50,772 nucleotides of DNA from Candidatus Rifleibacteriota bacterium (lineage in GTDB: Bacteria; Muiribacteriota; Ozemobacteria; Ozemobacterales; Ozemobacteraceae): the NCBI GenBank assembly GCA_051747585.1, contig JBNJGH010000010.1, positions 1-50,772 on the forward strand. The letters are read 5' to 3'. This document shows positions 18,957 through 26,903 of this stretch, piece by piece. The notes beneath the pieces are model-generated. The model was not told the origin of the DNA, ran no database searches, and was given only the letters and a program-made list of their open reading frames with translations. The position numbers and the translations under genes were made by a program. Position 1 is the first letter of the stretch; every line of letters starts with the position of its first letter.

Positions 18957-19559
18957 TCAATCTTCACTCTGAGCTTGTAGTATTTTTTTCAGCTCAGGTG
19001 ATAACAGCCTTTTAAATGACTCTGTAATAGAGTCTTCTGTAACTTCAATTACTTCATTTCCTTCGACCTGGCGCATTTCGAAACCGGCTTTCTTAAGGTC
19101 ATCAACAAGCTTAACTGCTGCATCTTTTTCTTTAAAGAGATTGGCAATTTTGTTGGCCAGAGGTTTACCAACCTTTTCGCCAAGTGCTAATTCCCATTCC
19201 TGGCCGGTTTTCTGAGTTTTTAACAACTCACTGATGGAATTCTTGATTACATCTTCATCTTTAAGAGTCTCGGCCACTTTTCCCTTTAAAAGGTCACAGC
19301 CAATTTTCTCAATGTTTTTTCTGAAGCCTGTCATTAAATCTCGGGCAACCAGTCTGATTTCTGCCTCAGCGTTCTGGCGCTTTTGAGTTATGCGTTTTTC
19401 CGATTCTTTTTCTTGTTTTTCTACTTCTTCTCTGGCATTTTCAAGAATTTTACCGGCTTCTTTTTTTGCGTCAGCGACAATTTTTTCGGCCTCTTTGCGT
19501 GCCGCGTCAATTCCGTCTTCTTTCAGTTGTTTAGCAAAAGATGCAACATCTGTTCCCAT
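18957..19559 (-). CDS. atpE: V/A-type ATPase subunit E
   Basis: N-terminal coiled coil (EAEKIVADAKKEAGKILENA) and C-terminal GF...EVT....F..LLSP. First gene of the operon. Confidence 0.85.
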   Translation of the reverse strand: MGTDVASFAKQLKEDGIDAARKEAEKIVADAKKEAGKILENAREEVEKQEKESEKRITQKRQNAEAEIRLVARDLMTGFRKNIEKIGCDLLKGKVAETLKDEDVIKNSISELLKTQKTGQEWELALGEKVGKPLANKIANLFKEKDAAVKLVDDLKKAGFEMRQVEGNEVIEVTEDSITESFKRLLSPELKKILQAQSED

Positions 19560-19767
19560 ATTGACTCCTTAGTGACTCAGGATAACAGCAAAAGGTTACC
19601 CGACTGGAATTACTTTAATCTGACATTATGTAGCACTAAATGAGGCAAATTTCAACATTATAAATTCTTAACAAACAAATGAAATTTTAAAAGTTAAATT
19701 GTTCTAAGACTGCAAATAGTTTATGCCGATGGTTTAGCCGAAGAGCATAAGCTTGAGGAGGTAAACT

Positions 19768-22167
19768 ATGAACCGTTGGAATAAGGCGGCACTGCTATTT
19801 GCAATTTTAGCTGCCATGGGCTCCAGCTCGCCGGTTCTTGCAAGTCTTGACCAGAAATCAATCAGAGCAGAAACGGCCGCAATAAAAATTAACAAACATT
19901 TTCCAGCCGATATGGCCGGAGAGATTCCTACCGACACACCTTTGACTGTTGAATTTGATGGGGCAACCACCCCATCTTTTTATCAGACAGCCAATTTAAA
20001 CCTGTTTAATGGCAGCGAGCCGGTTGATGGCGAACTTTTTTACAACCCTTCAGCCAGACAAATTATGTTTAAGTCTAAACAGAAGCTCAAAGAGGGGCAA
20101 ACTTATACTGCTCAATTAAGCTATTATGACGGCCTGGGCCAAACTTCGGAAAAGGTATGGAGTTTTCAAACCAAGGGTGGAAGCGGATTTCAACCAATAC
20201 CCTCTCAGTCTGGTCAAAGTTTGGAAGGCCCAGATAATGAAAAGCAAACAGCCAACTCACAAAGTTATCTAAATATTGCTGATGCAAACATGGGTTCCGG
20301 ACATATCGAACCCGGTACTCAACTTGAAGTAACTTTTTCCGAGCCTCTCGACATTGTTTCGCTCAAAAGCGCTCCGGTCAAGCTTTTTGAAAATAACCAA
20401 CCAGTGGGAATTGACTATAAACTTTCCAGCGACTTAAAAACTCTTACCATTAGTCCAAGAGATCGCCTCAAGGAGGATGCCAATTACGCAATTGCGGTAG
20501 AAAAAAAACTTGCCTCTACCTCTGGGCAAAAATTTCACAAGAAAACTTTGATACCATTCAGGCTTGGCGGAAATCAACCCGAGGTACCGGAGCATGAAAT
20601 CAGCGAAAGTCCCGCACCCTCTCGAAAAGCAAAACAACATTCTCAGGATTTTGCCAATCCCTTTTCTCAACAAAATTCTAATAGTCAAAAACAAACCAGC
20701 CAACAGCAACAGTCTCAGAACTTTTCTCAGCAACGATCACAAAGAACCCAACGGCCAAAACGGCAAAGACAGCCTCAACGCTCCCGGGTTCAACTTATCG
20801 GACTTTCTCCGGTCAACGGAGCAAAAGTAACTAATTTGACTCAGCCGATAACCATTGGTTTCAGCGATGCAATAAGGCCTGAAACCTTGAACGAATTTAC
20901 CTTCAGACTTGAAGATGATTTTGGGCCCGTACCTGCAAAGATTCAGTATTTAAAAGATAAAAAGCAGGCAACTCTTACTCCCGTAGGCTTACTTGACAGC
21001 AACAAGAATTATCGAGTTGTGGTAACACAGGGTGTCACAGATACTCATGATCAACCGATACGCAGCGGAATAAATTCCATGTTTTCGACTGTCAGCCCGG
21101 TCAACCGCCCTGAAATGCCTGAGATGATGGCACAAAACAAGAATCAACAACCTGCGCCTGCACCAGAACAGGAAACTGTTAATCTTGAAAGATTAAGTGC
21201 AGCAGGCAGGGCAACTACTAACAGTTATTCTCAACCCTCACAAAATCGCAATTCCAATCAGAGGCCACCACAACGGCAGAATCGCAGGGTGGCAACGCCC
21301 TCGCGCAAGGCCCCGGCGAATAGAAGGGTAAGAACCAGACCAAACAGATCTCAACTCAAACCTTTTAAAGTTGCGGCTGTATTCCCCGGAATTCGAAATA
21401 AAAAAGTTTCAAGAAAAAGCAAAATTGCAGTCCATTTTTCTGAACCCGCTGATCCATCGACAGTTGACCATATCAACATTTCAATTTTCGGGAATCAAAC
21501 CAGAGTGCCGGGCAAAGTAAGCTATGACCAGCGCAAAAACAGAGCTGTTTTTACCCCTGAAAGCCCTCTTGATTCAAATACAGAATACAAAGTTATCGTA
21601 AGTGATAATATAAAAAGTAAAATGGGAGAGCAATTGGCATCTAATTTTTCATGGGAGTTTACAACCGACAAAAACATCAGACACCGCTATACTCCTCGCA
21701 AAAAAGCCGAAGCCGATGCCGCATTTTTCATACCTCTAGTTGACAGTCAACTGAAGGAAAGGCCTGGTCAGGAAGCTTCAAAAATAAAAAACAACACAAA
21801 ATCCAACACCGATTCAGCCTTTAATTTTGTAAATTCAAGACATTGGGCTTTTAAATCGGTAAGACACATTACCAATCGCGGCATGCTCAATACCTTTCCA
21901 TTTGTATATACCGACAACGTAACCAGATATGAATTCACCACTGCCATCAATTTGGCCCTCAACAACCTCAAAGCAATGCAATATATGCGAGACAAACCTA
22001 AACTTAAAATTGCTGATATGGTTGAACTTCAAAAACTGATTGTAGAATTCAAAAGAGAGCTCAAAGCATGCGCAGTAAACACCTCATGGTTTGAAAGCTT
22101 CTTACAGAAACAGGGAGTAAACCTTCGCCAGGTAGAAATGAAAGTAAAAAAACTAAATCAAGGATAA
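19768..22167 (+). CDS. Secreted protein with four Big_5/SbsA Ig-like domains and a C-terminal SLH-like domain
   Basis: Signal peptide. Repeated FSEP..., V.G...Y......TL.P...L....Y and WSF.T motifs. C-terminal HWAF..V......G......VTRYEF. GAGGAGG RBS. Confidence 0.8.
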   Translation: MNRWNKAALLFAILAAMGSSSPVLASLDQKSIRAETAAIKINKHFPADMAGEIPTDTPLTVEFDGATTPSFYQTANLNLFNGSEPVDGELFYNPSARQIMFKSKQKLKEGQTYTAQLSYYDGLGQTSEKVWSFQTKGGSGFQPIPSQSGQSLEGPDNEKQTANSQSYLNIADANMGSGHIEPGTQLEVTFSEPLDIVSLKSAPVKLFENNQPVGIDYKLSSDLKTLTISPRDRLKEDANYAIAVEKKLASTSGQKFHKKTLIPFRLGGNQPEVPEHEISESPAPSRKAKQHSQDFANPFSQQNSNSQKQTSQQQQSQNFSQQRSQRTQRPKRQRQPQRSRVQLIGLSPVNGAKVTNLTQPITIGFSDAIRPETLNEFTFRLEDDFGPVPAKIQYLKDKKQATLTPVGLLDSNKNYRVVVTQGVTDTHDQPIRSGINSMFSTVSPVNRPEMPEMMAQNKNQQPAPAPEQETVNLERLSAAGRATTNSYSQPSQNRNSNQRPPQRQNRRVATPSRKAPANRRVRTRPNRSQLKPFKVAAVFPGIRNKKVSRKSKIAVHFSEPADPSTVDHINISIFGNQTRVPGKVSYDQRKNRAVFTPESPLDSNTEYKVIVSDNIKSKMGEQLASNFSWEFTTDKNIRHRYTPRKKAEADAAFFIPLVDSQLKERPGQEASKIKNNTKSNTDSAFNFVNSRHWAFKSVRHITNRGMLNTFPFVYTDNVTRYEFTTAINLALNNLKAMQYMRDKPKLKIADMVELQKLIVEFKRELKACAVNTSWFESFLQKQGVNLRQVEMKVKKLNQG

Positions 22168-22182
22168 AGCTTCGCATTAATT

Positions 22183-22222
22183 AAAAGGCAAACTTTGTAA
22201 ATTACAAAGTCTGCCTTTTTTT
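22183..22222. terminator. Bidirectional terminator between convergent genes
   Basis: AAAAGGCAAACTTTGTAA-A-TTACAAAGTCTGCCTTTTTT. Confidence 0.8.
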
Positions 22223-22225
22223 ATT

Positions 22226-23854
22226 TTAGTAACCCAACAAAAGCTGCAAAAAGGAAAAGTTACGTGCCTGATAGCCAGTCAAGCTATCGCTTTGGCTGGT
22301 AGATATGGTCTCAAAAGAACCTTTACCGTTACTGAAATTACCCGCCAAACCAGCAAGAGGTTCATTAACGTCTTTTATACTGCCCACCAACTTCATTTCG
22401 CTTAAATCAGGGCCAGTGCCATGCCAGGAAAAGTTAGCCATTCTATATGAAAATTGTTGCCCATTTCGGGAAAAACGCTTCAAAAAAGCCGGAGACTTGG
22501 TGGAAGAGAAGTAATTGAAGTCGGCAGCTACTTGTTCTTGAACTTTATTGTTTGATTTAAAAAAGATTTTTCCTTTTACCAGATGAGAAGAGTGCTCTGT
22601 AACTACCTCTAAAGCATTGGTCTTAAGTTCGGCATTAATTTCAGGTTTGCGTCCTCGGACACTCATCGCAAACGCAGCTTTACCTTTAAGCCCGGGCAGC
22701 TTCATTCCGTATTTTATTCCCCAGGGTAATTGCGCTGCAAAACTTGCCAGATTAATCGAGCCGGCTGAAAAAGCCAGATCCCACTTACGATGAGGACTGA
22801 AAACAGAATCGATACTTCCGGATAATTGAGCCGGGAACCCTGCAAATGAGCTTCCGGAATCAGTAAGCTCCAAATTTCCATTAAAAATACTATATAAACC
22901 ATTCAGCTCAAAAACGGTAATAAACATTCCCTGGGCAACCATTCTAACTTTGGAAAAAGCGCCGTTGAGATTGCCCAGAAAACCAGTATTGTTTTTATAC
23001 ACCCAGGATCCGCCGAGTTCAACTATGCCATCGAAACCAAACGGAAAAACATCTTGCCATAATGGAATAAGCCATCTGGAAAAAACAGCAAGATCGAGCT
23101 CTCCACGCGAAATATGTCCGCTGGCCTCCAGCCTGCCATTTTTTTCTGCCAGTATAAGCTCAAGCGCATAATTTTTGCCGGCAAAACAGCCTTCGAAACG
23201 ACCAGACATCTTATCTTTCTTTTCATTCCAGGTTCCACTATAAGCGCCATTTAAGAATTTAGTTTCTTTAAACAAGCCATTATAATTAAATGTAGATTTT
23301 TGCCCTTCCAGAAACTCAATAAAAACAGAGTCAAGATTGAACAACAGATCAAATTTCTTTAATGGTCGTAGTTTGATTTTATCAATTTTAACTGTGGCAA
23401 GCCTTATATTTCCCGGAAGATCGGCAAAGCAGCCAACAGAAGGGAAAGGTGGCAGATCATAAAGTTTTTCCGGGAAAAACGCGCCTTTTAGTTCGGCATC
23501 ACGACAGGCTAAATCCAGGGTTATGCCCTTACCTGCCATCATATTGTCAAAATTAAAATTCAGCTTTAAACCTCTAAATTCAGCAAGAAAGCCTAAATTT
23601 GGATTTTTTACCCGAACGGCAGTTATGCTCACTCCTTGATATAAACTACCTTTTAAATTTTGGAATTCAACTTTATAATCTTGGTTATCTGGACTGGTAC
23701 ATATAAAATTTGCAGTAAGATGGGCAAATTTATTTGAATTAACTGCCCAGACGACCATAAAAAAAGTAATCGCAAATAAAGCAGCCACAATAGCAAAAAT
23801 ACGCAAATAAACTGATTTTGAGGATTCTGCAGGTTCTTTCGATGATTTGTTCAA
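22226..23854 (-). CDS. Membrane-anchored beta-rich protein, AsmA/TamB-like
   Basis: Single N-terminal TM followed by Gly/hydrophobic alternating beta-strands. Family assignment is by pattern only. Confidence 0.5.
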   Translation of the reverse strand: MNKSSKEPAESSKSVYLRIFAIVAALFAITFFMVVWAVNSNKFAHLTANFICTSPDNQDYKVEFQNLKGSLYQGVSITAVRVKNPNLGFLAEFRGLKLNFNFDNMMAGKGITLDLACRDAELKGAFFPEKLYDLPPFPSVGCFADLPGNIRLATVKIDKIKLRPLKKFDLLFNLDSVFIEFLEGQKSTFNYNGLFKETKFLNGAYSGTWNEKKDKMSGRFEGCFAGKNYALELILAEKNGRLEASGHISRGELDLAVFSRWLIPLWQDVFPFGFDGIVELGGSWVYKNNTGFLGNLNGAFSKVRMVAQGMFITVFELNGLYSIFNGNLELTDSGSSFAGFPAQLSGSIDSVFSPHRKWDLAFSAGSINLASFAAQLPWGIKYGMKLPGLKGKAAFAMSVRGRKPEINAELKTNALEVVTEHSSHLVKGKIFFKSNNKVQEQVAADFNYFSSTKSPAFLKRFSRNGQQFSYRMANFSWHGTGPDLSEMKLVGSIKDVNEPLAGLAGNFSNGKGSFETISTSQSDSLTGYQARNFSFLQLLLGY

Positions 23855-23874
23855 CTTTTTTATCCCAAATGAGT

Positions 23875-23905
23875 AGAAAAATCCCCCGATTTTTATTCGG
23901 GGGGC
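23875..23905 (-). terminator. Intrinsic terminator after ndk
   Basis: Minus strand CCCCCGA-ATAAAAA-TCGGGGG followed by ATTTTTCT. Confidence 0.7.
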
Positions 23906-23925
23906 AATGCTATCAATTAAAAGCG

Positions 23926-24393
23926 TTATTTATAATAAATCCAGGGTTCTAAAGCCAGTTGGTAATTTTGAATCTCATCTTTGCTGAAATAAATTTTCAT
24001 TTCATGTTCATAGCTTTGCTCTGAATCAGAGCCATGAATTAAATTATGCTTAACGTCAATTGAAAAATCACCACGTATGGTTCCCGGTTCGGCTTCAAGC
24101 GGGTCAGTCGCACCCATAAGTCTGCGACCTATTTTAATGGCATTTTTCCCCTCCATAACCACGGCAAAAGAGGGCGAAGAAGTTATAAACTCGATAAGAG
24201 AGGGATAAAAAGACTTGCCCAAATGACATTCATACTGTTTTTCGGCCTGCTGTCGACTGACCATAACCATTTTGCCGGCTACAAGCTTAAATCCCTTATC
24301 CTCAAAACGTGAAATGATGCGGCCAACAAGGTTGCGTTGCACCGCATCAGGTTTAAGCAGAAAAAAAGTTTTTTCTTTTATGTCATTAGTCAT
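23926..24393 (-). CDS. ndk: Nucleoside-diphosphate kinase
   Basis: KPDAVQR, PGTIRGDF, NLIHGSDS (catalytic His). Confidence 0.97.
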   Translation of the reverse strand: MTNDIKEKTFFLLKPDAVQRNLVGRIISRFEDKGFKLVAGKMVMVSRQQAEKQYECHLGKSFYPSLIEFITSSPSFAVVMEGKNAIKIGRRLMGATDPLEAEPGTIRGDFSIDVKHNLIHGSDSEQSYEHEMKIYFSKDEIQNYQLALEPWIYYK

Positions 24394-24396
24394 TCA

Positions 24397-24855
24397 TCAT
24401 TCCGCCAGTGTAAGATTAAACTGCATCGAATAACATGAATGACGACCTTTTTCACTGAATATTCTGAAATCGTCGGCCATTTCAATAACTTGACCTAGAT
24501 TTTCCCGCAGCTCATCTTCGCTGATCGGAGTTTGACCAGTATCGACTGCTACTTCGTCACTCAACATGAAATCCTCTACAGTTATTTGAAGCTTATCTTT
24601 AAAAACAGAGAATTTCAAGTCAAATAAGCCCGAAGCTTTTTTATAAGAGAAATCAATAGAATTGCCCAAAGCCGATTTCAAAGCTTCTTTTATATGCTCT
24701 TTAGACTTCTTACTAACACTGAAGTGCTCGCAAATACCCTCAAGTGTTAAAACGGCATTGCCCAAATAACACTTATCGGCAGGTATACGCATATGGAGCG
24801 ACAACTCATCTTTGCGTTTTTTTAACATTTGGCTAACCCTTCCTGTAGCCATCAA
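24397..24855 (-). CDS. RsbW/SpoIIAB-like (HATPase_c_2) protein with degenerate ATP-binding boxes (start uncertain)
   Basis: RIPA...L, IKEALKSALGNSIDFSY (N-box-like), LQITVED and MADDFRI. No DxG or GxGL boxes. Confidence 0.6.
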   Translation of the reverse strand: MMATGRVSQMLKKRKDELSLHMRIPADKCYLGNAVLTLEGICEHFSVSKKSKEHIKEALKSALGNSIDFSYKKASGLFDLKFSVFKDKLQITVEDFMLSDEVAVDTGQTPISEDELRENLGQVIEMADDFRIFSEKGRHSCYSMQFNLTLAE

Positions 24856-24876
24856 GCCTCTATTTGCCCAGAAAAA

Positions 24877-25326
24877 TTATTCTTTGGCTGCAATTATTTT
24901 TACAACTTCCTCGGTAGTATTAGCTTTTTTGAGATCTTCAATGAGATCCTGATATCTTAAAAGGCGCGAAATTCGTGCCAAAAGCTTGAGGTAGAGACTG
25001 CCTGATTCTACTGGAGCTGCCAGCAAAAATATAAGGTGTACAGGATCACCGTCAACCGAATTAAAATCAATACCGGATCCTGATCTGGCAAATGCAATAG
25101 AGACTTCATTAACGGTATTAGCTCGAGCATGCGGAATAGCAATCCCTGCTCCGATTGCTGTACTTCCAAGTTTTTCTCTTTCGAGCACAGCGCTGACAAA
25201 ATTACAATGATCTGTAACTTTTCCGGATGTACACAACATTCCTGAAAGTTTGTCGATAGCTGCGTTTTTGTCGTTTGCATCCAATTGAAGGTCAATAAAG
25301 TTATCTTGCAGTAATTCTGATATCAT
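24877..25326 (-). CDS. PTS EIIA protein, fructose/mannitol/Ntr family
   Basis: ERE..GSTAIGAGIAIPHAR with the phospho-His, and D..PVHLIFLL. AAGGAG RBS. Confidence 0.92.
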   Translation of the reverse strand: MISELLQDNFIDLQLDANDKNAAIDKLSGMLCTSGKVTDHCNFVSAVLEREKLGSTAIGAGIAIPHARANTVNEVSIAFARSGSGIDFNSVDGDPVHLIFLLAAPVESGSLYLKLLARISRLLRYQDLIEDLKKANTTEEVVKIIAAKE

Positions 25327-25370
25327 AGCTGTTTCTCCTTGCCCATTAATGGCTCTTTACTACATACGTC

Positions 25371-25385
25371 GCAAGTTGCGTGCCA
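25371..25385 (-). promoter_or_regulatory. sigma54 (-24/-12) promoter for the EIIA/RsbW-like/ndk operon
   Basis: Minus strand TGGCAC-GCAAC-TTGC, an exact match to TGGCAC-N5-TTGC, about 45 nt upstream of the ATG. Confidence 0.85.
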
Positions 25386-25425
25386 AAGTATTGTGACTAT
25401 TTTCCTATGTTTCCGGCTCCAAGAC

Positions 25426-25468
25426 GTGCATTTTTCGCACAAAGGGTACCTTAGTGTAAATATAGCAC
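25426..25468. promoter_or_regulatory. Two candidate enhancer (UAS) sites for a bEBP
   Basis: GTGCATTTTTCGCAC (25426-25440) and GTGTAAATATAGCAC (25454-25468). Both are GTG-N9-CAC dyads with AT-rich cores upstream of the -24 box. Confidence 0.55.
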
Positions 25469-25514
25469 ACTTTTTTAAACAATTCAGACTTTTTTGAAAA
25501 AAAATGTTAAATTT

Positions 25515-26897
25515 TTACTCAAGATCGTGCTTCTTTAACTGATGCCTCAAAGCAAATCGGGTTAAACCAAGCATTTTAGCTGCCCGACTTTTTTTTCCTT
25601 CTGACTCAGCCATTACCTCTTGAACGATTTGTTTTTCAACGGAATCTATGTACTGCTTAAAATTAAAGTTCGGCATTTGCCAGGGTTTCTTTTCTGCCGG
25701 ATCGTAAGAAACACATTCAAGTTCGGCTGCCTTCTTAAGCTCTTCGGGCAAGCTTGAAGGTCTTATCTGAGAAGATGTCTCCAGTAGCGAAGCTCTTTCT
25801 ATAATATTTCGCAGCTCGCGTACGTTACCCGGATAATTATAGCTTTCTAGAATCTTACAAGTATCTTCGCGAAAGCCTGAAATATCTTTGGAAAATTCTT
25901 TGCGAAATTCTTCAAGAAAATATTTAGCCAATAGTAGAATGTCATCTCTTCTGTCTCGGAGTGGGGGAATCCCTATGGTGAAGACGTTCAGCCTGTAGAA
26001 CAAATCCTGCCGCAGGCGTCCATCTTCTATTGCTTCTTCGAGATCGGCATTGGTAGCCGAAATAATTCGCACATCTACATGTATATCATTAGTACCACCG
26101 ACCCTGCGAAATTTTCGCTCTTGAAGAACGCGCAAAAGCTTTACCTGCAAAGAAGGATCAAGCTCTCCTATTTCATCCAGAAAGAGTGTTCCACCGTTTG
26201 CAAGCTCAAACAAACCTTTTTTCTGTCTTTGAGCGTCGGTAAAAGCGCCTTTTTCGTGGCCGAACAGTTCAGATTCAAGCAGTGTACTGCTTACGGCAGC
26301 GGCATTGACATCGATAAACGGCTTATCTGCCCTGCCACTCTGAAAATGAATTTGCCGGGCAACCAGCTCTTTACCTGTACCCGATTCGCCCCTTATCAAT
26401 ACTGTAGTTCGATCAGTCTTTGCAGCCATTTGTATATGCTCACGCAGCTGCTTCATTTTCTGGTTTTCTCCCAGAATTCGAGAGAACTGATTTTCAAGTC
26501 GCTCCTGATAATGATGAAGTTGACTTTTAAGCAAATTGGCTTGAACGATTTTTTTGATCAGCAGGCTTACTTCATCAAGGCTGTAGGGTTTGGAAATATA
26601 ATCGAAAGCTCCGCGCTTCATTGCGCTGACAGCCACTTCAACATCGCCAAAAGCAGTCATTATTACCACAATAGCTTCAGGGTCAAGGCGAGTCACTTCA
26701 AGTAGAAGGTCCAGCCCATTGCTGTCGGGTAGCCTGACATCGAGCAGAACTATATCACCGCCCGTTTCATTAAAAAACTTCAGGAAATCCCGACCGTTTC
26801 CAAAAGTATTTACATTGTATCCTTCGCTTTCAAGGGCCTCTTTAAGGGTCCAGCGGATCATCTCCTCATCATCGACAACAATTATATCAATTGCCAT
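25515..26897 (-). CDS. sigma54-dependent response regulator (NtrC/AtoC family: REC-AAA+-Fis HTH)
   Basis: VVDDE and LLDVRLP (phospho-Asp), GESGTGKE, GAFTDA, FLDEIG, YPGNVREL, C-terminal AAKMLGLTR. Confidence 0.95.
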   Translation of the reverse strand: MAIDIIVVDDEEMIRWTLKEALESEGYNVNTFGNGRDFLKFFNETGGDIVLLDVRLPDSNGLDLLLEVTRLDPEAIVVIMTAFGDVEVAVSAMKRGAFDYISKPYSLDEVSLLIKKIVQANLLKSQLHHYQERLENQFSRILGENQKMKQLREHIQMAAKTDRTTVLIRGESGTGKELVARQIHFQSGRADKPFIDVNAAAVSSTLLESELFGHEKGAFTDAQRQKKGLFELANGGTLFLDEIGELDPSLQVKLLRVLQERKFRRVGGTNDIHVDVRIISATNADLEEAIEDGRLRQDLFYRLNVFTIGIPPLRDRRDDILLLAKYFLEEFRKEFSKDISGFREDTCKILESYNYPGNVRELRNIIERASLLETSSQIRPSSLPEELKKAAELECVSYDPAEKKPWQMPNFNFKQYIDSVEKQIVQEVMAESEGKKSRAAKMLGLTRFALRHQLKKHDLE

Positions 26898-26903
26898 AAA
26901 TTA

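Noticed and set aside
19712..19729. Possible sigma54 promoter for the V-ATPase operon (minus strand CGGCATAAACTATTTGCA)
   Set aside because: GG-to-GC spacing is 12 nt rather than the required 10.
26079..26705. Long antisense ORFs (e.g. 26079-26705, 3330-3935, 29546-30127, 39930-40601)
   Set aside because: They lie essentially entirely opposite well-supported conserved genes and have no recognisable motifs.
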